Assembly (NCBI GenBank): GCA_964349835.1
Contig: CAYGID010000004.1
Location: 7,084-71,083, forward strand
DNA: 64,000 bases
DNA from: an uncultured Bacteroidales bacterium
GTDB taxonomy: Bacteria > Bacteroidota > Bacteroidia > Bacteroidales > UBA4181
Reading direction: 5' to 3'
How positions within the stretch are numbered: the first letter of the stretch is position 1; the number at the start of each line of letters is the position of its first letter. Below are positions 1 through 9,375 of this stretch, in pieces. A model generated the notes under the pieces. It had not been told where the DNA came from, ran no database searches, and saw nothing but the letters and a program-made list of their open reading frames with translations. Both the position numbers and the translations under genes were made by a program.

Positions 1-40
1 ACGATTTGCTGTTACCGTCGGGGAAAGTAATTGTTATCAT
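1..40 (-). CDS. thrS: threonine--tRNA ligase, first 13 codons only (gene runs off the left edge)
   Basis: The minus-strand ATG at 40 reads MITITFPDGNSKS, which resembles the TGS-domain N-terminus of bacterial ThrS. A TATATTTG box lies 36 nt upstream. Only 40 nt are visible. Confidence 0.4.
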   Translation of the reverse strand, partial: MITITFPDGNSKS

Positions 41-75
41 CTTTATATAAATTATCAATGGCTGGATAAACGCCC

Positions 76-83
76 CAAATATA
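76..83 (-). promoter_or_regulatory. Bacteroidota sigma-A -7 box (TATATTTG) for thrS
   Basis: Matches the TAnnTTTG consensus on the minus strand, 36 nt upstream of the ATG at 40. Confidence 0.35.
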
Positions 84-185
84 GACAAAAAATGCGATTT
101 GTTCCCTCAAGACATACTGCTTGACTCGAGTTTCCCTTTAACGTGATTAAACGAATATTAACATTTATTAACATACCAAACTGCT

Positions 186-193
186 TATATTTG
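186..193 (+). promoter_or_regulatory. -7 box (TATATTTG) for the moxR/bat operon
   Basis: TAnnTTTG match 78 nt upstream of the ATG at 271, in divergent intergenic DNA. Confidence 0.3.
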
Positions 194-270
194 CATCACT
201 TTACGCCAAATGGCGGTGAAGCCCGTAATGGGCAACTCTGATTATCTCTGTTCTTAACTTTTTGTACAAG

Positions 271-1266
271 ATGAATGAAGCTGTGAATATTAAGGAATTG
301 AATGACAAAATTCAATTAGAGAGTGCTTTCGTCGATTTGATCTCTATCGAGATGAAGAAGGTGATTGTGGGCCAGAAGCATTTGGTTGAGAGCCTGCTCA
401 TCGGTTTGCTTTCGGACGGACATGTTCTGCTGGAGGGGGTTCCAGGCCTCGCAAAAACATTGGCCATCAAAACGTTGGCCGATACCATTAAAGCCCGTTT
501 CAGCAGGATTCAGTTTACGCCCGATCTCTTGCCTGCCGACCTTGTAGGCACCATGATCTATAGCCAGAAAAACGAAGAGTTTCAGGTAAAAAAGGGACCG
601 GTGTTTGCCAACTTCATTTTGGCTGACGAAATTAACCGCTCCCCGGCCAAGGTACAGAGTGCTCTTTTGGAGGCCATGCAGGAGAAGCAGGTTACTATCG
701 GGAACAACACCTATCCGCTCGAAAGCCCTTTCCTGGTGCTTGCAACACAAAACCCCATTGAGCAGGAGGGAACCTATCCTCTTCCCGAGGCGCAGGTGGA
801 CCGATTCATGCTGAAGGTGGTCATCACCTATCCCCAAAAAGAGGAAGAACGGCTCATTCTCCGACAAAATCTGGGAAGTGTATTTCCCGTTCCGAATGCT
901 ATTCTATCGCCGGCCGACATCTTAAAGGCCCGTGAGGTGGTCAAGCAGGTATATATGGACGAGAAGATTGAGAAGTATATTCTGGATTTGGTATTTGCCA
1001 CCCGTTTCCCTGCCGATTATAAACTCGAAAAATTTGTTCCTATGATTGGGTATGGTGCTTCGCCCAGGGCAAGTATCAGTTTGGCAAAAGCGAGCAAGGC
1101 CTACGCATTTATCAGGCGTCGCGGGTATGTGATACCCGAAGATGTAAGAGCTGTTTGTTTCGATGTTCTTCGCCATAGGATTGGCCTCACCTACGAAGCC
1201 GAGGCCGAAGGCATAACAACGGAACAGGTCATCACAGAAATTGTAAATGCGGTAGAGGTGCCATAG
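271..1266 (+). CDS. moxR: MoxR-family AAA+ ATPase
   Basis: Walker A GVPGLAKT and Walker B ILADEINR are present, with a typical MoxR length. I prefer the ATG at 271 to the TTG at 262. It is the first gene of a Bat-type operon. Confidence 0.95.
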   Translation: MNEAVNIKELNDKIQLESAFVDLISIEMKKVIVGQKHLVESLLIGLLSDGHVLLEGVPGLAKTLAIKTLADTIKARFSRIQFTPDLLPADLVGTMIYSQKNEEFQVKKGPVFANFILADEINRSPAKVQSALLEAMQEKQVTIGNNTYPLESPFLVLATQNPIEQEGTYPLPEAQVDRFMLKVVITYPQKEEERLILRQNLGSVFPVPNAILSPADILKAREVVKQVYMDEKIEKYILDLVFATRFPADYKLEKFVPMIGYGASPRASISLAKASKAYAFIRRRGYVIPEDVRAVCFDVLRHRIGLTYEAEAEGITTEQVITEIVNAVEVP

Positions 1267-1285
1267 CAGAAACCCCCAAATATCT

Positions 1286-2155
1286 ATGGATTCTAATGAG
1301 TTGATATCGAAAGTTCGCAAGATTGAGATCAAAACCCGCGGGCTCACCAACCAGATCTTTGCCGGGGAGTATCACTCGGCCTACAAGGGTCGTGGTATGG
1401 CATTCAGCGAGGTTAGGGCTTATCAGTATGGCGATGATATCAGGAGTATCGACTGGAATGTGACTGCACGCTTCCTCACCCCCTACGTCAAGGTGTTCGA
1501 AGAGGAGAGGGAGTTAACAGTAATGCTGCTGATCGATGTAAGCGGATCCGGACTTACCGGTTCTCGACTTCGGCTAAAAAGAACCCTGATGGCCGAGATT
1601 GCTGCGGTTCTCTCTTTTTCGGCGATTCAGAACAATGATAAGGTGGGAGTCATCTTTTTCAGCGACCAGATTGAAAAGTTTATCCCGCCAAAAAAGGGGC
1701 GCCAGCACATTTTGCGTGTAATTAGCGAGGTGATTCACATTGAACCGGCACACAGCAAAACCGATCTTTCGGTTGCTTTGCAGTACCTTACAAATGCTAT
1801 TAAAAAGAGGAGTACCGCTTTTATCCTCTCCGATTTTCTGTCGCCCTCTTTCGAACAGGCACTTCGAATTGCCGGACGGAAACACGACATCGCAGCCCTG
1901 AGAGTCTTTGATGCACGGGAGTCGGAACTCCCATCCGTAGGCCTTATGAAGGTTCGCGATGCCGAAACGGATGCAACACGTTGGGTCGACACATCGAGCG
2001 CACAGGTGCGACGGGCATATGCCTCTTGGTGGCATCGGCGGCAGCACGAACTGAACGATCTATTTACCCGCTGTGGTACAGATTACTGTATGCTCCGAAC
2101 CGACCAGGATTATGTAAAAACATTGCTTTCTCTCTTTAAACAGCGCTCCCTATGA
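1286..2155 (+). CDS. DUF58 domain protein (VWA-like partner of MoxR)
   Basis: Contains the DWNVTAR and LLIDVSGS motifs typical of DUF58. It sits immediately downstream of moxR. Confidence 0.9.
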   Translation: MDSNELISKVRKIEIKTRGLTNQIFAGEYHSAYKGRGMAFSEVRAYQYGDDIRSIDWNVTARFLTPYVKVFEEERELTVMLLIDVSGSGLTGSRLRLKRTLMAEIAAVLSFSAIQNNDKVGVIFFSDQIEKFIPPKKGRQHILRVISEVIHIEPAHSKTDLSVALQYLTNAIKKRSTAFILSDFLSPSFEQALRIAGRKHDIAALRVFDARESELPSVGLMKVRDAETDATRWVDTSSAQVRRAYASWWHRRQHELNDLFTRCGTDYCMLRTDQDYVKTLLSLFKQRSL

Positions 2156-3159
2156 TGTTGCCTATCCGGTTACTCGTGGTTTTGGGGTCTCTTTGCATCT
2201 CTGCAACCGGAATGTGGGCCCAGCCATCCGGCGCCCAACGTACGGCGGCTCCTCAGGTTTCTGTGGTCTCTTCGCTCGAGGCCGACAGCGTGCTGATTGG
2301 CGATTCGTTTATTCTAAATCTCGAGGCACAGAATCCTGAGGGTGTGCATCTTATACTTCCAACCTTCGCCGACACACTGCATCCTGACATTGAAATTCTC
2401 AAAACTTTTCGGCCCGATTCTTTGCGGCTTGCCAACGGGGGGCTCAGGGTTAAGGCTCAGTACGCCCTTATTGGCCTCGACAGTGGTATATTCACGCTTT
2501 CGCCCCGTACATTTATAAGAAACGGCTCGGGCAGCAACGACACGCTATTCGCAAATCCTGTCAGGATTACGGTTATGCTGGCGCCTGCCGATTCTACCCA
2601 AAACATCCGCGATATAAAACCCATTTACTCGCTTCCCCTAACCTTTGGAGAGGTATGGCCCTGGATAGCCGGCATTGTGCTTCTGGCCGCCCTGTTATGG
2701 CTTCTGATACGGGTAATAAAGAGGATGAGGCGGCGTGAACCCCTGTTCGGGAAAGCTCAGCCCATCTTGCCTCCCCATCTGGAGGCTCTGCGGAAACTTG
2801 ATATGCTTCGCCACGAAAAACTGTGGCAGGAGGGAGATACCAAAGAGTATTACACCCGTCTTACCGATATCCTCAGAGAGTATCTCGACAACCGCTTTGG
2901 GCTCTCTGCAAGAGAACAGGTTACAAGCGAGATGCTTATATCGCTGCGGGCAACCGGATTCGAAAACAATCGGCTGATTGAACGGCTGCAATACATCTTT
3001 TCGATTGCCGATATGGCCAAATTTGCCAAGGCTCTGCCTTTGGCCGATGAGAATGAAACTGCCCTGTTGAATGCCTACTTCTTTGTGAACAACACACAAC
3101 CCCAAAGAGAGGGGGTATCGGGCGAGCCAATCGGCTCAGAAACAACTAAAACGGAATAA
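2152..3159 (+). CDS. Bat-operon membrane protein (DUF4381-like)
   Basis: ATGA start/stop overlap with the DUF58 gene. It has a signal peptide, one central TM helix (WPWIAGIVLLAALLWLLI) and a C-terminal helical region. It occupies the position of the unnamed third gene of Bacteroides bat operons. Confidence 0.7.
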   Translation: MMLPIRLLVVLGSLCISATGMWAQPSGAQRTAAPQVSVVSSLEADSVLIGDSFILNLEAQNPEGVHLILPTFADTLHPDIEILKTFRPDSLRLANGGLRVKAQYALIGLDSGIFTLSPRTFIRNGSGSNDTLFANPVRITVMLAPADSTQNIRDIKPIYSLPLTFGEVWPWIAGIVLLAALLWLLIRVIKRMRRREPLFGKAQPILPPHLEALRKLDMLRHEKLWQEGDTKEYYTRLTDILREYLDNRFGLSAREQVTSEMLISLRATGFENNRLIERLQYIFSIADMAKFAKALPLADENETALLNAYFFVNNTQPQREGVSGEPIGSETTKTE

Positions 3160-3160
3160 T

Positions 3161-4153
3161 ATGGATCAGTTGGTCTTTGCATATCCTTCATGGTTCTGGC
3201 TGTTCATAGGGTGGCTCCTGCTGATTATTTGGTATCTGTACCGTCATCGCTTCCTGACCCCCTACGTTCGGGTATCTTCGCTCGAAAGTTTTCAGGCTGC
3301 AGGCACCACCTTTCGGACCCGGATGCGCCATATCTTGTTTGTTTTGCGAATGCTGGCACTGGCAGCGGGCATCCTCCTGCTGGCACGACCGCAGAAGGCC
3401 AATCAGTGGCAAAGTGTGGATACAGAAGGTATTGATATCATGATGGCACTCGACATTTCGGGCAGCATGCTGGCGCGCGACTTTCAGCCCGACCGGTTGG
3501 AGGCCGCAAAAGAGGTTGCATCGCAGTTCATTTCCGGTCGGGAGAACGACAGGATAGGTATGGTAGTTTTTAGCGGAGAGAGCTTTACGCAATGTCCTTT
3601 AACCTCCGACCACGCAGTGCTCATCAATCTCATGCAGGGAATCAAAAGTGGCATCATTGCCGATGGCACAGCCATCGGGCTGGGATTGGCAACCGCAGTC
3701 GACAGAATGCGCGAAAGCAGCGCAAAAAGCAAGGTGGTGATTCTGCTTACCGACGGGGTGAACAATTCCGGATCGATTGATCCAATTACCGCTGCCGAAA
3801 TTGCCAAAACCTTTCAAATCAGAGTCTACACCATTGGAGTAGGAACGGTCGGTATGGCGCCCTATCCGGTGCAAACCCCTTTCGGGATTCAACTCCAACC
3901 GATGGAGGTACAGATCGACGAAGCGGTGCTGCAAAAAATTGCCTCGTTAACCGGAGGCAACTATTTCAGGGCTACCGATAATAAGAAGTTGCAAGAGATA
4001 TACCAAGAAATTGATAAAATGGAACGATCCATTGTCAGTGTGAGGGAGCATAAGAAAAAAGAAGAACTCTACTTCCCCTTTGCCATGGCGTTGGTGATTC
4101 TTTTGATGTGTGAGATAGGTTTCCGCTACACCTGGTTGCGGACGATTCCTTAA
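3161..4153 (+). CDS. batA: VWA-domain aerotolerance protein BatA
   Basis: N-terminal TM helices, a VWA domain with MIDAS motif DISGSM, and a C-terminal TM helix. Confidence 0.9.
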   Translation: MDQLVFAYPSWFWLFIGWLLLIIWYLYRHRFLTPYVRVSSLESFQAAGTTFRTRMRHILFVLRMLALAAGILLLARPQKANQWQSVDTEGIDIMMALDISGSMLARDFQPDRLEAAKEVASQFISGRENDRIGMVVFSGESFTQCPLTSDHAVLINLMQGIKSGIIADGTAIGLGLATAVDRMRESSAKSKVVILLTDGVNNSGSIDPITAAEIAKTFQIRVYTIGVGTVGMAPYPVQTPFGIQLQPMEVQIDEAVLQKIASLTGGNYFRATDNKKLQEIYQEIDKMERSIVSVREHKKKEELYFPFAMALVILLMCEIGFRYTWLRTIP

Positions 4154-4171
4154 GGAGAAAAAACGAGAACT

Positions 4172-5938
4172 ATGTTTCGGTTTGAACATATAGACTATTT
4201 GTGGGCATTGGCATTTCTGCCGTTTTTCATTCTCTTCTTTGTATTGATGATGCGGATGCGCCGTGCCCGCATGTTGCGTTATGCCGACTCTGAATTGATG
4301 TCGATTTTGGCGCCGGAGGTCTCATCAGGCAGAATTGTGCTGAAATTTGTTTTGATCTCGCTGGCCTTTGTATGTATGATTTTTGCGTTGGCGGGCCCCA
4401 TGGTCGGTTCAAGGTTGCAGGAGGTGAAGCGAAAAGGGGTAGAGATCATGGTACTTCTCGACGTTTCGAACAGTATGATGGCGCAAGATATTCAACCCAA
4501 CCGGCTGGAACGCTCCCGACAAGCACTTTCAAAAATGACCGAACAGTTAATCGACGACAAGTTGGGACTTATTGTCTTTGCCGGAGAGGCCTATATTCAG
4601 CTTCCCATCACTACCGATTACGTTTCGGCGCGCATGTTCCTCTCCTCGCTCCGTCCCGATTGGGTACCCGTTCAGGGCACTGCCATCGGAGCTGCCATCC
4701 GACTGGCCATCCGCTCCTTCTCGCCCGAAACAGAAACCGGAAAAGCAGTCATCATCCTCACCGATGGCGAAAATCATGAGGATGACGCTGTGGCTGCGGC
4801 AACCGATGCGGCAGCAGCCGGTATCACGGTTCATGTCATCGGGGTTGGTCTTCCCGAGGGAGCACCCATTCCTCTGCCGGCAACAGAAGGTAATAGTTCC
4901 GGATCGAACGATTATATGCGCGACCGAGAGGGGAATGTTGTAATCAGTAAACTGAATGAGGAACTTTTGAGGAATATTGCCACAGCCGGAAAGGGGATTT
5001 TTGTACGGTCGAACCAAGCCCAGGTGGGGTTAAATACCCTCTTTTCCGAAATCGAAAAGATGACTGAGGGCGAATTTCATTCGTTGGTCTATGCCGACTA
5101 TGAACCGATGTACCGATGGCCGGCCGGCATTGCTCTTTTTCTGCTCTTGATAGAGCTATTTCTCTCTTCGAGGAGAAGGGGCGAAGTAAAACGGGGCATG
5201 TGGAGGAAATTCTGGCCGATTACACTGCTACTGTTCCTGTTTTCGATCTCTTTAGAGGCACAAACCGCAAAACAGCAACTACGCGAAGGGAATCGTTTGT
5301 ACGAAAAGGGTAAATTTGCCGAAGCAGAGGTTTCCTATAGAAAGGGGCTCGAAAAGGAGAGCCTCTCCTTCGAAGGGGCTTACAATCTGGGAAATGCTCT
5401 ATACAAACAGGAGCGTTTTAAAGAAGCACAAAATCAATTTGAAACCTTGGCCGAGGGTGAACAGGATGCCGCCAAAAGAGCTCGCCTGCACTACAATCTG
5501 GGGAATTCGCTGGTAAAAAACGACAAGTTAAAAGAGAGTGCCGAAGCCTTTCGAAAAGCGCTGCGAGATGCGCCCGGAGACAAAGATGCCCAACACAATC
5601 TTTCGGAGGTTTTACGACGGCTAAAAGCGCAACAAGAACAACAGCAACAACAACAACAAAACCCCGACGGGAATCAAGAAAAACAGAACGAACAACAGAA
5701 GCAAGATCAACAACAAGATCAAAGTCAACAGAATCAGGAACAACAGAATCAAAATCAGGACCAACAGAAAGAACCTGAAAATCAGCAACAAAACACCAAC
5801 AATAACTCGCAACAAATTGCCCCCGAAGACGCTCGTCGCCTCTTGGAGGCTCTCCGGCAAGACGAAAAGCAGACACTCGACAAACTGCAAAGACAGAATC
5901 GTACAGGTCAAAAGGTTCAGATTGAGAAAAACTGGTAG
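4172..5938 (+). CDS. batB: BatB (VWA) fused in frame to BatC (TPR plus Q/N-rich tail)
   Basis: Residues 1-342 carry TM helices, a VWA domain (MIDAS DVSNSM) and another TM helix. Residues 343-588 begin with a signal-like MWRKFWPITLLLFLFSISLEAQ, followed by TPR repeats and a Gln/Asn-rich tract. One uninterrupted ORF. Confidence 0.85.
   Translation: MFRFEHIDYLWALAFLPFFILFFVLMMRMRRARMLRYADSELMSILAPEVSSGRIVLKFVLISLAFVCMIFALAGPMVGSRLQEVKRKGVEIMVLLDVSNSMMAQDIQPNRLERSRQALSKMTEQLIDDKLGLIVFAGEAYIQLPITTDYVSARMFLSSLRPDWVPVQGTAIGAAIRLAIRSFSPETETGKAVIILTDGENHEDDAVAAATDAAAAGITVHVIGVGLPEGAPIPLPATEGNSSGSNDYMRDREGNVVISKLNEELLRNIATAGKGIFVRSNQAQVGLNTLFSEIEKMTEGEFHSLVYADYEPMYRWPAGIALFLLLIELFLSSRRRGEVKRGMWRKFWPITLLLFLFSISLEAQTAKQQLREGNRLYEKGKFAEAEVSYRKGLEKESLSFEGAYNLGNALYKQERFKEAQNQFETLAEGEQDAAKRARLHYNLGNSLVKNDKLKESAEAFRKALRDAPGDKDAQHNLSEVLRRLKAQQEQQQQQQQNPDGNQEKQNEQQKQDQQQDQSQQNQEQQNQNQDQQKEPENQQQNTNNNSQQIAPEDARRLLEALRQDEKQTLDKLQRQNRTGQKVQIEKNW
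5629..5815 (+). repeat. imperfect CAA/CAG/AAC trinucleotide-rich low-complexity tract (encodes the Q/N-rich segment)
   Basis: Contains runs such as caacaagaacaacagcaacaacaacaacaaaac. It translates to QQEQQQQQQQN...QQNQEQQNQNQDQQ. Confidence 0.8.
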
Positions 5939-5943
5939 CAGAT

Positions 5944-7824
5944 ATGATAACGAACAGAACGTATAGCAAACCCTTCCGGTATTGGGCCATTCTGATCATC
6001 TGGCTTACGACCCTGGGCGCTCTCCGGGCAGCCGATCCTTCGGTTACCATGCGAGTACCCGGCGTTGTAGAGGTGGGAGAGAGGTTTGAGATTGAGATTG
6101 TGGTTAATGCCAGGCCTTCCAGTCTCACCCCTCCCTCCTTTGCGGATTTTCGGCTTCTGGGAGGGCCCTCCACTTCACAATCATCTTCATTCTCAATTGT
6201 TAACGGAAAAACATCACAATCAATCGAGACCTCCTATAGTTATGTGGTAGCGGCTACTAAACCCGGAAAACTGACCCTTCAGCCGGCCCGGGCTGTTGTT
6301 GATGGGAAGGAGTATGTTTCGCCATCCTACACAATCGAAGTGGTGGCAGCCTCCGGAAACAGTGGGGGAGTAGCCTCCTCGAATCCTTCGGGCCAGGCTG
6401 GTCAGACGCAAAGCGGAGAGGGGTCGCCATCCTCGCAAAGCGGCAATACGCTCTACATCCGTTTGATTCCCGAAAAGAACACCCTTTACCAGGGAGAACC
6501 GTTAGCGGTAACCCTGAAAATATTCTCGCGCGAACAGTTGGTTTCGCTGGGAAATCTCACCTTCCCCGATTTGGCGGGTTTTTTCAGGCAGGATATCGAG
6601 ATTCCTGCCCTCGACCGTCTGGAACGCGAAAATGTGAATGGCACCCTCTATAACACCGGCGTATTGGCCAGGTTCGTACTCTTTCCCCAAAAAAGCGGTG
6701 AGCTCGGAATAGGCTCTTTTGGTGTGGATTGTGGCATTCAGGAGGCGGGGCCCGCACCTACGGGAAGCCTTTTCGATGATTTTTTCGGATCTCAACGTAC
6801 TATTCAGCGTACCCTATCTAGCACTCCCGCACAAATAAAGGTATTGCCGCTTCCAACAGGGGCTCCCGACTCCTTCTCGGGAGCGGTGGGTAACTTCCAA
6901 CTCTCGCTTAGTGCCGATAAAGCGCAGTTAAAGGCAAATGAAGCCTTTTCGGTGACGGTTGAAATCAAAGGCGAAGGAAATGTCAGGCTTCTCGATGCAC
7001 CTCCGATGCTTTTCCCTCCCGAGTTTGAAACCTACGATCCAAAGATTACCACTGAAATTGAGCCATCGGGCCTGCGCGGAACCAAACGATTTGAATATCT
7101 GATTATTCCCCGCCGCTCAGGATCCTTTTCGATTGCTCCTGCTACCTTCTCATTCTTTAATCCCCGCAACAAGCAGTATGCCTCGGTTACATCGTCAGCC
7201 CTGCAAATTGAGGTGGCCGAAGGACAGGAGGGCTCCTTATCGGTCGGAGCTGAGAGGCATTCGGGGCAAAACGTGCAAGAATTGGGCAAGGATATCCGGT
7301 TTATCAAAACGGGTCGTCCCGATTTTCACATAGCGGGCTCCTTTTTCTTTGGTTCCCTGCTCTTCTGGCTTTGGATTTTGATTCCGCTTGCCCTGTTTAT
7401 TACCGGGGTTATTGTCAGAAGGAAGCGCATCATGAAATATGCCGATGCCGTGGTGATGAAACATCATAAAGCCAATAAGTTTGCATCGAAACGACTGAAG
7501 AGTGCTGCAGTGTTGATGCAAAAGGGATTTCCGGAGCCCTTCTACGAAGAGGTTTCGCGGGCCATGTGGGGCTATCTCTCCGACAAATTGTCGATTCCTA
7601 CCTCAGAACTATCTAGAGAAAAGGCTGTTACATCGCTGAGAAACCTGGGTGTCGACAATGGACTGATTGAGGAGGTGGTGCAATGGCTCGACGCCTGTGA
7701 ATATGCCCGTTACGCGCCCGCAGCCACTCGCATGGAGATGCATGATCTCTATCGGGCAGCAGAGATGCTCATAGGAAAAATGCAAGTTGTGATTCGTGAA
7801 CTCATGAAAGGAAAAAAGAGATGA
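5944..7824 (+). CDS. batD: BatD-family oxygen-tolerance protein
   Basis: Signal peptide, a large extracytoplasmic region, a TM helix (LFWLWILIPLALFITGVIV) and a cytoplasmic tail. Operon position matches BatD. Confidence 0.85.
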   Translation: MITNRTYSKPFRYWAILIIWLTTLGALRAADPSVTMRVPGVVEVGERFEIEIVVNARPSSLTPPSFADFRLLGGPSTSQSSSFSIVNGKTSQSIETSYSYVVAATKPGKLTLQPARAVVDGKEYVSPSYTIEVVAASGNSGGVASSNPSGQAGQTQSGEGSPSSQSGNTLYIRLIPEKNTLYQGEPLAVTLKIFSREQLVSLGNLTFPDLAGFFRQDIEIPALDRLERENVNGTLYNTGVLARFVLFPQKSGELGIGSFGVDCGIQEAGPAPTGSLFDDFFGSQRTIQRTLSSTPAQIKVLPLPTGAPDSFSGAVGNFQLSLSADKAQLKANEAFSVTVEIKGEGNVRLLDAPPMLFPPEFETYDPKITTEIEPSGLRGTKRFEYLIIPRRSGSFSIAPATFSFFNPRNKQYASVTSSALQIEVAEGQEGSLSVGAERHSGQNVQELGKDIRFIKTGRPDFHIAGSFFFGSLLFWLWILIPLALFITGVIVRRKRIMKYADAVVMKHHKANKFASKRLKSAAVLMQKGFPEPFYEEVSRAMWGYLSDKLSIPTSELSREKAVTSLRNLGVDNGLIEEVVQWLDACEYARYAPAATRMEMHDLYRAAEMLIGKMQVVIRELMKGKKR

Positions 7825-8597
7825 ACCGTTTCCTATTGATTATAACACTCCTCTTTTCGCTCGTTTGGGCTGTTGCCAACACAGGCGCCTCGCCCGAAGA
7901 GGATCCGGCGTTTACCTTCTCGGTGGCCAATGAGTCGTACCGTAATGGTGATTTTGTAAAAGCAGCCGGCGAATATCAACGCATTATCGACTCCGGCCAG
8001 GCGTCGGCCGAATTGTACTTCAACATGGGCAATGCCTGCCATAAATTGAACCGAAAAGCAGAGGCTATTCTCTACTACGAAAAGGCTCTGCGACTCCGTC
8101 CCGGCGACGAAGACACGCAATACAATCTCGAATGGGTCTCTTCGCAGATAAAAAGCAGAACCGAGTTGATTCCCGAACTCTTTTTTGTAAGATGGGCGCG
8201 GTGGTTTCGCGACCTTATGTCAGAGAAGAGTTGGGGTGTATTGGTTATTGCCAGCTTGATATTTCTTTTTGCTTCTCTCTGGAGTTACCTCTTCTCCATA
8301 AACCGATCCCTGAAAAGGGTCTCCCTTTACCTGGCTTTGCTGTTTACCCTTTCGCTGAGCCTTTCTGCAACGGCCGGATCGTCTAGACGCGCTTGGATAG
8401 AGAATGCAACAGAAGCGGTTGTCAAGGCCGAAAAGCTCACCGTTTTCAGTGCCCCCGACCAAAACAGCACACAGCTGTTCCTTATTTACGAGGGAAGCCG
8501 GGTTAAGGTAGTGGATAAAGTGGGTGATTGGCGCGAAATCCGGTTACGCGACGGCAATAAAGGCTGGGTAAAAATGTCGGATATTTTGATCATATGA
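7821..8597 (+). CDS. batE: BatE-like TPR / SH3-domain protein
   Basis: ATGA overlap with batD. It has TPR repeats, TM helices and a C-terminal SH3-like segment (WREIRLRDGNKGWVKMSDI). Confidence 0.8.
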   Translation: MNRFLLIITLLFSLVWAVANTGASPEEDPAFTFSVANESYRNGDFVKAAGEYQRIIDSGQASAELYFNMGNACHKLNRKAEAILYYEKALRLRPGDEDTQYNLEWVSSQIKSRTELIPELFFVRWARWFRDLMSEKSWGVLVIASLIFLFASLWSYLFSINRSLKRVSLYLALLFTLSLSLSATAGSSRRAWIENATEAVVKAEKLTVFSAPDQNSTQLFLIYEGSRVKVVDKVGDWREIRLRDGNKGWVKMSDILII

Positions 8598-8604
8598 TTC
8601 TATT

Positions 8605-9375
8605 TTGGATACAGAACTGACATTTCTCGGCACCGGCACCTCTCAGGGGGTTCCCGTGATTGCCTGTCGGTGCGAGGTTTGCTCCTCGAACGATGAACAC
8701 GATAAAAGATTGCGTGCCTCCGTATGGATTAAATCGAAGGGCGTATCGGTTGTGATTGATGCCGGCCCCGACTTCCGATATCAGATGCTGCGAGCCGGCA
8801 TCTCCACCCTGGATGCAATTCTTGTTACCCATGCCCATCGCGACCATATGGGCGGCTTGGACGACATCAGAGCCTATAACTACGTACATGGAAGACCCAT
8901 GGATATCTACGCTGAACCCTTTGTGCAAGAGGCCCTTCGAACAGATTACTCTTATGTGTTTAAAGAAAACAGGTATCCCGGTATTCCCGAAATGATTCTG
9001 CATGATATATCTCCAAACCAACCCTTTGTTGTGGGTCCGCTGCTTTTTCAACCCATTCGTGTAATGCATCTGCATCTGCCCGTACTAGGGTTCCGACTGG
9101 ACGGTCTGGCTTATATTACCGATGCCAGCGCCATAGATGAAGAGGAGATGAAGAAACTGAACGGTTTGGATGTATTGGTCATTAATGCGCTGCGAAAAGA
9201 GGAGCATATTTCTCACTTCACATTGGCCCAAAGTCTGGATGTCATTAAGCGGGTTATGCCTAAACGAGCTTATCTCACCCATTTAAGTCACCAGATGGGA
9301 AAACACTCTACATTGCAAAATGAGCTGCCACAAGGGGTATTTGCAGCCTACGACGGATTGACCATCTCCCTATAG
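8605..9375 (+). CDS. MBL-fold metallo-hydrolase (PhnP-like)
   Basis: Contains LTFLGTGTSQGVP and the HxHxDH motif (THAHRDHMGG). It appears to start at TTG 8605, because there is no in-frame ATG upstream of the conserved N-terminus. Confidence 0.85.
   Translation: MDTELTFLGTGTSQGVPVIACRCEVCSSNDEHDKRLRASVWIKSKGVSVVIDAGPDFRYQMLRAGISTLDAILVTHAHRDHMGGLDDIRAYNYVHGRPMDIYAEPFVQEALRTDYSYVFKENRYPGIPEMILHDISPNQPFVVGPLLFQPIRVMHLHLPVLGFRLDGLAYITDASAIDEEEMKKLNGLDVLVINALRKEEHISHFTLAQSLDVIKRVMPKRAYLTHLSHQMGKHSTLQNELPQGVFAAYDGLTISL

Noticed and set aside
5418-6173. A 251-aa ORF (and a nested 96-aa ORF at 5621-5911) lies antisense across the batB-batC / batD junction.
   Set aside because: It is not codon-aligned with the sense genes. 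However, it runs through the CAA/CAG/AAC microsatellite, whose complement (TTG/CTG/GTT) has no stop codon in any frame. The product is a run of L, V and F residues, so this is a shadow ORF.
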